Positions 12,023-25,770 of a stretch of 64,000 bases of DNA are shown here, piece by piece (within the stretch, counting starts at the first letter, position 1; each line of letters begins with the position of its first letter). The position numbers and the translations under genes were made by a program. The DNA comes from Lingula anatina (taxonomy: Eukaryota; Animalia; Brachiopoda). Where the stretch lies: positions 2,984,954-3,048,953 of the forward strand of contig CM120644.1 in the NCBI GenBank assembly GCA_051362555.1. The letters run 5' to 3'. The notes below the pieces were generated by a model that was not told the origin of the DNA, searched no databases, and saw only the letters and a program-made list of their open reading frames with translations.

Positions 12023-14767
12023 CTAGAGGATCAGAGAGGCGATACCGCCTCCGAATATTGTACCACCAGCTGGAGCAAGCGCATTCGTATAGACCCCCAC
12101 ATACACAAAATAAGGGACACAGCCACCAGTTTTGTGCTTGACAAGCTGTAAAAATGCAATCAACAAGAATTTTTTAACTATTGCAAAAAATATATATGGT
12201 ACAATCAAATTTAAGTTCTTCGTAAGGTAGGTCAAGGGTCAATTTCAAGGTCACAGTAAATTGCCAGTATATGACTTCCTATTCAAGTTCAAGAGTAACT
12301 ATGGACCTATCTCTGTCAAGTTTGAAGTTAAAAGAGAAAGAAATTAGCAGAGTTCAGTTCATGATAAAAAGTAGGTCAAAGGTCAATTTCAAGGTCACAA
12401 TTAGATTGCCAGTATAGGACTTCCTATTCAACTTCAATAGTAACTATGGACCTATCTCAGCCAGTTTTGGAGATAAAAGGGAAGAAAAATTTGCAAAATT
12501 CAGTTCATGGTGAAAAGTAGGTCAAAGGTCAATTTCAAGGTCACATTTAGATTGCCAGTATATGACTTTCTATTCAAGTTCAATAGTAACTATGGACCTA
12601 TCTCTGCCAGTTTTGGAGATAAAAGGGAAGCAAAATTTGCAAAGTTCAGTTTATGGTGAAAAGTAGGACAAAGGTCAATTTTAATGTCACATTTATAATG
12701 CCAGTATATGACTTCCTATTCAAGTTCAATAGTAACTACGGACCTATCTCAGCCAGTTTTGGAGATAAAAAGAAAGCAAAATTTGCAAAATTCAGTTCAT
12801 GGTGTAAAGTAGGTCAAAGGTCAATTTTAAGGTCACATTTAGATTGCCAGTATATGACTTCCTTTTCAAGTTCAATAGTAACTATAGACCTATCTCAGCC
12901 AGTTTTGGAGATAAAAGGGAAGCAAAATTTGCAAAATTCAGTTCATGGTGTAAAGTAGGTCAAAGGTCAATTTTAAGGTCACATTTAGATTGCCAGTATA
13001 TGACTTCCTTTTCAAGTTCAATAGTAACTATGGATCTATCTCTGCCAGTTTTGGAGATAAAAGGGCATAAAAGTTTGCAAAGTTCAGTTCATGGTGAAAA
13101 GTAGGTCAAAGGTCAATTTCAAGGTCACATTTAGATTGCCAGTATATGAATTCCTATTCAAGTTCAATAGTAACTATGGACCTATCTCTGCCAGTTTTGG
13201 AGATAAAAGGGAAGCAAAATTTGCAAAGTTCAGTTTATGGTGAAAAGTAGGTCAAAGGTCAATTTTAAGGTCACATTTAGTTTGCCAGTATATGACTTCC
13301 TATTCAAGTTCAATAGTAACTACGGACCTATCTCAGCCAGTTTTGGAGATAAAAGGGAAGCAAATTTTGCAAAGTTCAGTTTATGGTGAAAAGTAGGTCA
13401 AAGGTCAATTTTAAGGTCACATTTAGATTGCCAGTATATGACTTCCTATTCAATTCAATAGTAACTACGGACCTATCTCAGCCAGTTTTGGAGATAAAAG
13501 GAAAGCAAAATTTGCAAAATTCAGTTCATGGTGAAAAGTAGGTCAAAGGTCAATTTTAATGTCACATATAGATTGCCAGTATATGACTTCCTATTCAAGT
13601 TCAATAGTAACTACGGACCTATCTCAGCCAGTTTTGGAGATAAAAGGGAAGAAAAATTTGCAAAGTTCAGTTCATGGTGAAAAGTAGGTCAAAGGTCAAT
13701 TTCAAGGTCATAGTAAGATTGCCAGTATATGACTTCCTATTCAACTTCAATAGTAACTATGGACCTATCTCTGCCAGTTTTGGAGATATAAGGGACTAGA
13801 TGTTATAATTTTGGAGTTACCATAATGTGCCTTAAATTTCGTACAGAAAAAATTAATTAAAATAAAGAAAATGTCATTTTGGTCAAAATTCTTGAAATAG
13901 GAGGTGCTCTGAAGTTTCAGAAGTTCAAATTTGATGAAATAATGTCATTTTTGAACACAAGTTGTCTGCTTTGCCAAGCCTTATGTTTTATTTTTCCAGA
14001 GTTCAAAATTTATTATCCATTACCGTACTGCACATTTTGCTTTTACCACCAATATGTACTTTTTGATACAGCGTAACTCGAAAACCGTATGGAATACAAA
14101 AAAAACGAGACCACTTCCAGTGTTGGGCTTTACTTGCTCTACAAAATGCAAAAAAGAATGGGTCTCTAGCATTAACGGTTCCCAAATTAGAGACAGTTTT
14201 CAGTTTCGGTATCTTATGGCCGCTACTCCCGTGAAAATGCACCGATTGACCCCAAATTCATGGAGATGAAAGATGACCTAAAGGGTAACACTTTCCAATA
14301 ATATTATTGGTTAAGTCTGTGTGGTGTCTGAATAACAGGGCAAAAAAAATTTTTTTCGTAAAAAATTTCATTTTTTTGAAAATTTTGGCCCATTTGACCT
14401 TGAAGTAGAGGTCAAAGGTCAAATCCAAGGGTATATTTGAAATCTACACATATGACTTTTGGAAAGCCGTCTATAGAAATTTTTCCCATAACTCCTTCCG
14501 TAGGGTAGATAATTAGCATTTAATTTTGCCATTTTTAGACAAGGGTGCATTGCAATGAGTGCCACACCCAGACCCCAATACCGACAAAGCCCAAATTTTA
14601 CGTGGAACGAGTTGAGATTATAGGTGACCTAAATCCATGAGATGGGTACGGGGGCCCTTACCGTCTAGGAGGAGAAGCGGTAACGGTAGCCGTCTAACGG
14701 AGCCGGCGGAACGATCCGGACGGGACCGAAACCATGTGTACTGCCAGCGCTAACGCTGGTGGTACAA
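12023..14767 (-). mobile_element. Non-autonomous Helentron/HINE-type rolling-circle element with internal satellite array, copy 1
   Basis: Read on minus: 5' TTGTACCACCAGC subTIR plus adjacent inverted copy forming a hairpin (14737-14767), short GC-rich repeat, ~950-bp unique core, 146-bp tandem array, second subTIR (12058-12070), GAGGCG-n4-CGCCTC hairpin (12036-12051), terminal CTAG followed by TT. No target duplication and no coding capacity. Confidence 0.85.
12227..13795. repeat. 146-bp tandem array, 11 units (last partial)
   Basis: Unit-start motif at about 12229, 12373, 12519, 12665, 12811, 12957, 13103, 13249, 13395, 13540 and 13686. Confidence 0.95.
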
Positions 14768-15559
14768 ATATAAAGCTAAAATTTCATTAGGTTAAAAGAT
14801 AACAATAACAATACTTCTGCTCAGTCAGATGGAGAGTTGGCTGACCATAGGTTTACATGTAAGCTTTCATAATATTTTGCTTGTGATCAAATAATAGCTT
14901 TATTAGGATTGGAAAAAGCCAGTGCAAGTTTTAATCACCCTTGAAAAGTCTGACAGAAGTTAGCCTGTATAGTATTGTCATTCATGTTGAATGAATGTGA
15001 ATAGGAGGAGAGCTCTCATCATGGTTGATGCTTTCAAAAGTAGAAATTGAAAAGTTCAAAATTAATCAACACCCTTGAAAAGTGACAAACAATAAATCTC
15101 CCCACATGTAAAACTGAACCAGTGGCAACAAAACTATCTTCATTAGCACAAGAAGTCAATATTTTCTCTCTAAATACAGTTAGGGTGAGAATGCTAACAT
15201 TTGACAAATCAATACCACTCTCTTCAGTTTAATAATAAGTCACTATTTGCTTGTAACCACTTAATTTGCCAGGCTATTGATTTATATTTGAATTTTAACT
15301 CCGGGTCACTTTTTCATCGATATCAATTATACAGGCTACGGCAGCCACTGCCAAGACAAGCTTTGAGGACTGTGACAGTCAGAAATTTTTAAAAGATGAA
15401 TCTAAATTTTGTCTGCTTTTGCTCTGGCTTTTTTAATTCTAATACTGTTATTATTAGAACTCAAAATTTAAGAATTAAGTGAAAAAGTGGTAAATTTTGA
15501 TAGGGAAACTGCAACTATAACAACTTCTTAAAAAAGTATCATAGGTCCTCCACCACAGA

Positions 15560-16040
15560 TGTCACGGGTGTTTTAATTGTGGATTTTCTCTTCCCTTTTA
15601 TTTACGACGCGTTACCGTCCTTCGGGATCCGTGACACGGGGGTATATTAGGTAGGAAAAGAACAACAAAGTCCTGATCTTTCTCAATCCGGGTAAGCGGG
15701 TTTTATTGGATCACAGATGAGAGGTACAACTGAGTACGCCTTCTAAATTACTCCTTCGTTTCCTATTGATCAGATCTGCTCCGATAGTATAGGTCCTCCC
15801 TGTGCGACAACGGCGCTTCTAAGAGATTAATTTAACAAATAGAGTCTAAGTGCCTAGGTGTCTAAGTGTCCAAGTGTAAGCGCAAGTATAAGTGAGCAAG
15901 TGTGTAAGTAAGTAAGTATGTGTCCAACCTAAAGTGCGGGCTTCGCTTTTATCTTCCTAGAATGCAGATCAAGTTCCCCTTTTACACGTCACATTTTGTT
16001 ATGTATACTATGGTCACATTTTCCTTTAAAGGGTGGCACA
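15560..16040 (-). mobile_element. Possible solo LTR or LTR relic
   Basis: Starts TGTCACGG, CpG-rich relative to flanks, reverse AATAAA near 15703, reverse TATA-like motif near 15947, possible end GGCACA at 16040; no target duplication found and right boundary uncertain. Confidence 0.35.
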
Positions 16041-16393
16041 CTGTATTATCCGAGCAGATCATTTCTATTTATTCTCCGATCTCCCTTATGTTTTGATACA
16101 TTCTTTTAGCGTACTTTCCTCTTTCTATATTCTTAATTCAGAACTAATGAAGTAACAATCACTACATGAAACTAGAATGGAATTTCTTTGGTATCCTTCA
16201 CCAGTTACTAATTACATTCCATAGATACATCAGTCTGTATCTCGTTTGAACTATTTTTATACCACCTAAATCAATATGATTGCAGATATCAAACTCATGC
16301 TTGGAGTATATACTGCTTTTCTTTAAACTAATTCTTTAAATCATTACGCATAAATAAAACCATTATGACATTACTATTCTTCTTTAATTATTT

Positions 16394-16436
<43 letters not shown>

Positions 16437-18715
16437 TTATTATTATTATTATTACTTTAAAAAATTGCAAGTACATTGGTCTGTTTGTGTAGCACATGCT
16501 TACATGGAAACAAGACAGTACCAAAGACACTTCAGCCTTTACTACTTCAATCAATTTGATTCTCCATTCATGTTCCCAGCTGCGGCATGCTTTAAGGACA
16601 CAAGTTTTAATATTTTCCCAATATAAATCATTGACAAGCTGCACAAGGCTTAGCAATCTAATTTTACGAAAACCTTTGTAAGCTTCCCTCTTCACAAAGT
16701 ATAATGGCTAATTATAACTCAATGCCCGCAGCGTAATGCTATTAAATCCATTGTTGGTCCTTCTAGTTATGCACTTAAATTTTAATGAGGGAATCTGAGA
16801 ATGAAATCAATATTAAAAGTTGAATGCACAGCATCTTTATGGGTCTCATTTACAACTAGAGAGCCCATTACTTTCTACTCTCAATAATCATTGATTTGGT
16901 GACTTGGTTAAAGCAAAATGACACACGATGGCGCCACTTTCTAGGGATACAATATTCAGACTAATACCAAGTCACTAACACTAGAAGTGTTCAAGAACCA
17001 AGTTCACTGCCCCTGCCCACACATGCATTCCTCACATAATATATCACAAAAGACTCTCACTTGTTACATAATCTTTCTAATGAAGTTAGAGGTAAAAATA
17101 TTGATTTTAGGAGGACAAGGTACCCCAAATTTCGGAGTGTGTGTCACTGCTTGTTGGCGTGATCACAACAGGAAAAACCTATACTGGTAATCAATTAAAT
17201 GACATCACCTGTTGGCTAGATTGATTCATAGGGGGTTTAAGTTTTTCAGAGCTCATGGGAGTCCGTATGTCATCTGGGTCTAGTTTAAAAAATACTTTGT
17301 CACCCATAGCTGACTTATCCTACCCCTGATAAGAACAGAAAAACGTCAATGAGCTTTATTTCAGTCCTAATTTGGTCTTGATGTGAACACATCTATACAA
17401 CACTTGTCAAATTGATTATGTCTGAAGTAGCTATCAGTTCTTCTAGGACACCCAGGGAGAAAATAGACCTGCTGCTAACAAGAAGAATTAGTAAGAGGTT
17501 TTTATGAAAGAAACCTTTGTAATTTGGCTAATTTTAGTTCCACAGACTCTTAACAAATTACTCAAGATAAAAATGTTATCAAAAGTCAGTCGGTACACTT
17601 ATGTAGCTGACTTTAAACCTCTGTTCAGAACTGTATAGCCTTGTGAAAAAAACATCTTTGATTTTCTGTTACTGGATTAGAAGAGCTTTATGTATTCAAA
17701 GTTAGCCAGTACATTTTTGTTGTTGACAAAATAAGAAGAAAAAAATGTGTACAAAAACTGACTGCCTTGGTTGAGAAAACAGAAACTTCTTTCTAAAGAT
17801 ATTCTATTACTGGATTGCATTCATTCATCTATACAGTCTTTTTCACAGAAGAGATCACATCTAGTGAAGAGGCAAGGATGTAGTGTCAAGGAGTGCATTT
17901 CATAGTGGCATGAAAACTGTTGTGGTATCCTTCACTGTTAATGTCTACCTAGCTGATCATCAGCTGACATGGTTTTCTGATTATAATCAATCATAAAAGA
18001 AAAAGACGGGTTAGATTTGTATATTCAATTACACAGTTCACAAAGCACCATTCAATGTTGTATCTGGTAGTGGGATAAGTGTACTCTCCCACATGGTGCA
18101 GACAGATCATATGGAGAATTCAATTAATTTAGTTCACAGCCTTGGTTCAGTTGTTAGTGAACACATATACTTAAATATAAGCAGCTACATATGCACCTAC
18201 ATATAACCACATGCACACACACTCGTACATACATCAAGGCAATATATACACACACTCACAAACATTTATGCCAGTACACATGCATCTGCAGACACACACA
18301 CACACACACACGCGCGCGCACGCGCGCGCGGAGAACTAAAATCTTCACACTACTCCTCAAAGACTTAAGAGATGAGTCACAAGAGCACTAAGGCAGACAA
18401 AACTGACAAATAAAATCATAGCCATTCAAGCACTCCCTCCCCCTACTCAACAAACAGATAAGACTAGTATATCCGATTACACAGTTCACAAGGCTGTCTA
18501 CAAAGGGTGCTCAATTTTACGGTAAATTGATCAACAAGCTTTGACAAATGAAATAGACTCAGACAAGATGCTGTGATGACAAGAGCTTTCTTCTGATTGG
18601 CTGAAATTATGATGATGAAGGTATAAATTTTTTCCTAAGGTACAGCAGTTTTTTTTTTTTTTTTTTTTGAAAGGGGGGGGGGGGGGAGGAAAGCAGATGT
18701 GACTCATTAAGTTTT

Positions 18716-18958
18716 AAATGCTATTGTTTCAAGAGACTTAAATTGTTAACTCTCATGAAAAAGAAATTTTCATAATACTCACAGACAAATGCTGACCCAC
18801 GAGCAAAGGTACTACAGCCTTTTTTAGGGGGGAGGAGACTGTCGCTCATAGTATTTAATTTATCAAGGCAGTTGTTTATAGAGCCTTTAATTGTTAACTC
18901 ATGTCATGTGAAAAAAAAAATTCATAATACTCACAGGCAAATGTCGACTCACGAGCAC
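18716..18958. repeat. Diverged local duplication of ~85 bp (period ~155 bp)
   Basis: aattgttaactc...ttcataatactcacag(a/g)caaatg...cacgagca occurs at about 18741-18805 and 18889-18957. Confidence 0.7.
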
Positions 18959-20863
18959 CCATGGTCCAAAGAGTGACGATGAGATAAAAAAGAATGCTGT
19001 GTTATATCCCAGTTGTCTTCCTGAGTACTCCCTCTGCTTGTAAAATCCCTTGGTTTATCACTGCTTAGGATTACTATTATGAATATGCGGCAATAAACTT
19101 GATCTCTTCCTCTCTTTATTAAACCCTCTCTTGTCACATGAGCTCACAAAATAAGTGAGAATTATAATTAAAAGTGATTTATGGGTGGTGACTTCTCTTA
19201 CTGATCTCTTCTCCTCCCGGAACCCACCCTCATAATGGTCAGAAAACCTCCTCTCATGCCCACTCATTAAAGTCCACTGAGGGATTATTGTAGTATTAAG
19301 CCAAGGTCCCCGAGATCAGATCGGAAATCGCCCGGCTTGACCTGACCATCAAGTTTAAATCCTCAAGGTAAATGAATGTGGTGAAAATTGGTCAGTCAAC
19401 AAAAGGTGCAAATTTGCCTCAGTTGGTCAATATTCATACCCGGGGTTTGTCACCTTAACTTCCACCCTGTTAAGCTGTGTTGACTCCAGGTATATTTAAC
19501 AAGGACACAGGTGGTTCAGCTTCATTTGCTGTTATATCGTGAACTAAATTGGAAATTAATGGCACAGGGTTAGAAGTGGTGTTCATAAAGCAGTCCTTTA
19601 AAAAAATGCCCTTGATCCAGTTTGATAATGATAGTCCTCAAGTGATCCGATGTCACGTCAGCATAGGGTAAAATCTTCGTCACAGTCCAATCAGCTGTGC
19701 ACTTTGTGAAAGGTGTAAAAACAAAACTAAGTTGAACTTCCCAATTGAATCTCCTACATTTGCTTCGTCTTCATTCAGATGTCAGTTTCACAGTGTTGTT
19801 AGTTTCACAGGTAGGCCTACATTTCAGCGACCATTTCCACCTATGTTCATTTCACTTTCATTCATTTCGTATTTGTTCATTTCACACTAATTCATTTCAT
19901 GTCATGCTCTTGCTTTTCATTTCATGTCCATTTGAACATAAACTTTGTAACCCTATTACTCACTGCAGCGTCCCGTCTTGTGTCACATCTGGTCAATCCA
20001 GCAGTCCATCTGTGACATATGATTTCCCCTATAATATCAATTTTGTGATATTTCTGTTCATTTCCAATATCATTTCAAGTCATTTTTTTCCATCAAATCA
20101 AAGCTGAGTTGTTTCTCCCCTGAGACATTATAACCATATGCCTTATAATAAACATATGAAATGCCCTCAGCCTAAAAGGCAGTTGCTTATGAATATGATT
20201 TTCGCCATTGTTGACGTGCAGCTTTAGTAAACTCCTATCTAACACTGTGAACTGTTTACTGAACACACACACCTCTTTGTAAGGTCCTTTCATTCAAGAG
20301 GCGGACAGCCCTTCAAATCTTCACGCTACAAGCTCTGGGCCTCACTATGATGTTATTAAACCCGATTGCCACACAATGCAGCCATCTGAACCCGCACAAT
20401 GCAACTTATTGATAAAATTTGGCGTATTATTTCACCTTCTTTTCAAAGGCTGGGGTAACTGGTTCAAACTCATCAATACTCAGCGCTAGCTGTGATAAGG
20501 AAAGATGCAGGTATTTTTAGTAGTAAAAACTGGGTTAATTTAGGCACAGAAACTGTTGGTTTTTTTGGAATGCAAATCCAGTATTTGTTCACATGTACAA
20601 TATCCTTTTAGCCGTGAAATGTAAAGATGTACTGTAGTTGTTTTACTTTGTATTATAAACTAAATAAACTCAAACACAGGTTACCGTTCCTTGTTTTTTT
20701 TTAATGCAAGCTTAATTTTTATCATTTATTATTAATTTTCATATGCAACAATGTGCAACAATTGCACTGGTGCATCTCTACTTAAGGCACCCAGTGCTAT
20801 CAGCAGACCACACACCCTGTTTGACCCAGTCTTTCTCTTGGCATTCATCATGTCCCGTCTCTC

Positions 20864-20894
<31 letters not shown>

Positions 20895-21760
20895 ACACAC
20901 ACAAAGTAATGACAATGTAAGCATAAAATGAAGTAAGACCTGCACTGTGGGGCTGTCAGATAACCATATATTATGTGGTGTAACGAAGTAAGTGTCTATG
21001 ATGATTAATGCTTGTGGCTCAAGCATATGTGGGCACTATTACTTTTGTTATAATTGAAATTGATTACATGTTGTTTCCTATTGTGATTTATGAGATGTGT
21101 CATGATTCATCCTATTATTATCTTAGCTCTATTTTTTGTTGACTACATCATCTGAGCTTATTCTTCACAGGTTATAATTACTTTTGGACTGATAGCTGTA
21201 CTGTTCAAACCATATCAAATTTTTGAACTAAATAAATGGGGAAATTTAACCATAAAAAAAAGGAAATATATATTTTCTGTAAATTTATTTTAGAAAAATA
21301 AGGTGATCTTTTTAATTTGCTGGAAACTTAACTATGTTAAAGTAAATCTGTGAGTTCAGATAAAGGTAAAACATATTTATGTATAAAACACTGAGGAACT
21401 TGGCTGCAACTAGAATTGCACCAAGATGCGAAATAGTAATTGCAACAGTTGAGACAGCCAAGCATCATCCCAGTCATAAAATCACTGATCACATCTGTCT
21501 CTACTAGTAAATGTATTCCTGAGGCATCTTCACAACTATATCACGTTAGAAAATACTATGTGTAAGTCTAGTGCATTGGGAAATATGTATCTGCGAAAAA
21601 TACCACACATTTTGGCATGTAATCGACATGTATAAAGAAACTGAATGTAAATAATTAGAATATATGTAGTTTTGCAAGCAGATATCTCAATCATAAAGTC
21701 ATTAAGTGTTAACATACCAAAACATAGTGTCTAAACATCAACAAATACACACATGCTAGT

Positions 21761-21798
<38 letters not shown>

Positions 21799-23064
21799 CG
21801 GTTGAACCCATACTCCTTAAGACAATAATTAGTCACCAAACTACAGCCCAAACCTCATCCACACTCTGTTTACCTGATCTTAATTCTCTGTGTGTGTGTC
21901 TCTGTCCACAGTCTCCAGGTGAGAATACCAGTGGAGTAGGAGACACAGGTATTTAGGACCTGGAGAAGATCAGGCTTAGACACAAACACAAGAGAGGGAT
22001 TTTATGACCCTTTTAACTTTAGGGGAGAGACAGCAGGCAAAATCCATGCTTGCATATAATTTTGTATCAAATTAAAAAGGAATCTTGAAGACATTCAATT
22101 CTGGCATGGAAAAATTGTACAATACTTTACATATGAATTATATTTACTGATTCTTTTTTGCTTCATATGTCACAGAAAAAAAAAACTTTAAAAAATCTTG
22201 TTCTGTCATTGATCACAGTTAATATTTTCACCTGGTCCAGTTAGCAAAGGTCAATTTGGTAATAGTTTTTAATAAAACATTTATGCACCCCATACCAACA
22301 CAGATATTTCACCACTATTGCAATGTTATACCCTTTTTATTAAAAAAAAATTGACAAGAGTATTCAAAGCCTTGCCTTGCTACCTCTATCGTTCCCTCAA
22401 TTATGCAACAAGCTTCGTTATTCACACCTCTACAATGGAGGCAACTATCAAGGGTACTCTGGGATGGAGGTTCCTTAAGAAGCTGCTATACATTTACATT
22501 CCTTTTGGACAAAGAAATCTCTAGCAGTGTCTGCCACAGTGGCATAGATTAATATGTGCCAAGTGTATAATCTACATACTAGTACTTTAACAAAATACTT
22601 GAATCTTTGTATATTTTTCAGGAAAAAAAAAGTCAAAGCTAAATGCACTCTCTACAGGTAACTGGCAGTAATGTATATTCCAACTTTTCTTAAATCAGAC
22701 AAATTGAGATTGAGTAGCTCCTTTAAAATAACTCAATTATTAAGTAATTTATCTGTCATGGCCCCCACTGCAAACATTTCCTACTACAGATCAACTTTGT
22801 TCAAATGAACACGGGGGTTAACCCATAATCATTTATTTTTGTTTTTGCTAAAGGCAGTGTCCCTCTTCAACCGATTACTATGTCTATTTGTCAGCCTTAT
22901 TCAAACAATTCCTGGGTTATCTACGAGTGCATGAAGTCCTCCCACTCTTTTGGGGTTGTAAATTACACATGATACTTGTAGTAAATTTACTCTCTCTCTC
23001 AGGTAGCAAGTTTTCAACTGGGTTGGCCATATTTGATTCACGTATCTGTTTGTCTGTATGAATG

Positions 23065-23101
<37 letters not shown>

Positions 23102-23118
23102 TCACACACACACACAAA

Positions 23119-23151
<33 letters not shown>

Positions 23152-23154
23152 CAC

Positions 23155-23189
<35 letters not shown>

Positions 23190-23228
23190 CACACACACAC
23201 ACACACACAAACACACACAAAACACACC
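23065..23228. repeat. Compound (CT)n/(CA)n microsatellite with periodic AAA interruptions
   Basis: Direct inspection; source of several spurious His/Thr and Cys/Val ORFs. Confidence 0.95.
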
Positions 23229-25404
23229 ATGTGTACACCTACCTATCTACTATCCCTCTCTCCTGAGAGCTGCCCAGACCTTATAATTCTACATATCATA
23301 AATTGTTTGATGTCAATATGCTTTTACAACCAACATATTACCCATAAATCCAATTATATTTATATGTGCTCTACCACAAAATAAACCATTAAATTATTCT
23401 AAGACTAGTCAATTTAATTTTTAATCATAATACATTGACACTCACTATCCATACCAAAAGGATAACTGCAAATGCAGACAGGATCTCAATTTTGCTACCA
23501 AATTTTCAACAAAAAGAATTTTAAAAAATCATAACATTTCATATTTTCTAGCCTGCTCTATGGTGACTGTGCATACCTAGAGGCCTTAGTGGATGATAGG
23601 CAGAGAGCATCAAGTCTTACATGAAAACTTGAGGGGGGCAGACAGACAGACTGCATCAATTTTTTAAAAATCAAATTAAAAACAAATATCACTCTGTGAT
23701 ATTTCTGCAGTGACCCTAGAGAACAACAATTTCCTGAATCTCCCTTTTTATTGATGATGTATTATAAACTGGTATTTTCTTAGGACAGGAGTGTGGTAGA
23801 AACCTTTGATCTTGGTGTCTTTTAGGTCCATATGGAAGAAGGCATATTCCGAGAAAAAAATTCCCTGGTATGAATTTATGTGACAGCCCACCTGTCTGTA
23901 CCAGACAGTATTAGCAGCAGGTACTGATCTCTCTCTCTCTCTCTCTCTTCCCCATGAAGATTCACAGAGTATCCTGCAACCCCAATAGTTAAACTCAAGT
24001 TACAACAGAACAGCCTAACATACCACAAATCTCTAATCACCACCATGACACCAAGAAAACCAAACTGTCTTTGCAATGCTCTTTTTTCTCTATGCTTTGT
24101 CTCAGATAAATAGATTCAAGAGGCCTAATTAAAACCAGTTGTTCCGCGAACTAACTAGTCCGCAGATGAAATATGGCACCACACACTTGAAAGCATGCTG
24201 ATATTTAATTGTCCCACCCCTTCTAGGACAGTGCACGTGGGAGGCAAGAAGTCATTGTCAAGTGCCCACCATTTTTTCATCCGCAGACCAACTGCTTCTG
24301 AGCAGGCCCAAACTCAAGATAAAACAGTCAAGTTTAAATTCTTTCAGTCTAAGAATTACAGAGTGAACATCGGGGTGAAACAGCCTGGGGTTGTCACAGC
24401 CCAATAATGAGTGGTCTCTTCATAGTTCCCTTTGATGTCTTTCTCCATATTCTGTCTCCCTCAGGGTGAACCATCAGCAATAAATGTCATCATTTACTAT
24501 TACACACATCATTTCTGGACCAGCTGATACATCATTAGCACTTCAATCAAAGACTTACAGTCAGCTCTGTTATTTAACTATCACCTCTCCTAATTTTTGT
24601 CAAATTTCTAAAGATGGTAGGAGTAGAGAGCTGCTCCTTGAATTGGCAAATGGCAAAGAAAGAATTACAAGAACTGCGACTTTTAAACTACAAATTGTTT
24701 CTTCCTGCAAGAAGCAAATATTGTTACCTATGAAATGTCTGTTTCCCATTCATTATTGAGCTTCAAAGCTCCTGTAACTACTAGTGCATCTTTTTCCAAC
24801 CACGGGGACGTCAATGTCCACAGTGCCACAGAAAAGAGACAGCCAATGCATCATACTTGTCCTCAAAAAAGATTGATATGGCGGATACAAGTTGTCAGTG
24901 GCTTGTTTGCCCTTTAATGTCTGACCATCACAGTCTCTTACAAATAAGAAATTTTGACAACCTCCATCAAAGATTATTTGTCTGCTTTATGCTTTTGATT
25001 ACAAAAAGTGACTCACTAATGTCCATCTAATTTATTCTGTTCATGATTCAAGCTGCCAATTAAGTAATTGTTAACATGGTCATTTTTTTTTTTTTTACTT
25101 TTATATAATATAGCACTAGTATCTATACGGTACTGAACTATTACATTTTTCAACATTGATTCTTGCACATTGTGTGCAGTAAGGGTATTTATTCATTCTC
25201 CAATTTCAAAAAAAATTCAGATTATATGCTTAGCATCACCTTCTTTGCACACTTCAAAAAAATACTTCAAACTTTTTAAAGACTTGCAATCAATACTTAC
25301 AATAATAGAGCCCGCTATATGTTTTCCCCATCTTCTATGTAATCATATGGAGCTGCATTGGTGCTCACAAATTTTGCTTTTTTCTTAGCTTTTTGATTCA
25401 CTGA

Positions 25405-25770
25405 ACCTCTATGCATGAACTGCAAGTTTGTTAAAATTTGGAGCCCAGGGTACAAGGATTCTATGGTCTAACAACTGACACACATCACTGCTTGGGTGCT
25501 AGTAGGTAGCTGCTATATGGTCCCAGTCAACCCATGTATGCCAAACCCAGGAAGTATGTGAAGACATAATTTATCACTTTCCCCCCTGGGTGTCATGACA
25601 TCATATTACAGGGAGTTAACGAGAAGTTATCACAGCCATCAAGTTGATGGGCTAGGTGAACAGCTTGGTAGGTAATTAAAAAAGCTTTTCTCACTTTAGT
25701 TTCATTCTTTTATGAAATGTGTGGGTGGATATCCATATCTTTGTGAAATTGTGAGTATCTCTGTAGTCAA
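25405..25770. repeat. 366-bp dispersed direct duplication, copy B (no flanking element; candidate donor)
   Basis: Matches 11657-12022; flanks are ordinary AT-rich intron sequence. Confidence 0.9.

Noticed and set aside
13879-14269. Duplicated short ORFs in the HINE core (also 30924-31314) as transposase or captured gene
   Set aside because: No recognisable Rep, helicase or other motif; duplication simply reflects the two element copies.
18950-20110. Moderately GC-rich stretch as a retroelement or gene relic
   Set aside because: No sustained frame or recognisable RT/gag/integrase motif in the parts I translated by eye; a translated search would be needed.
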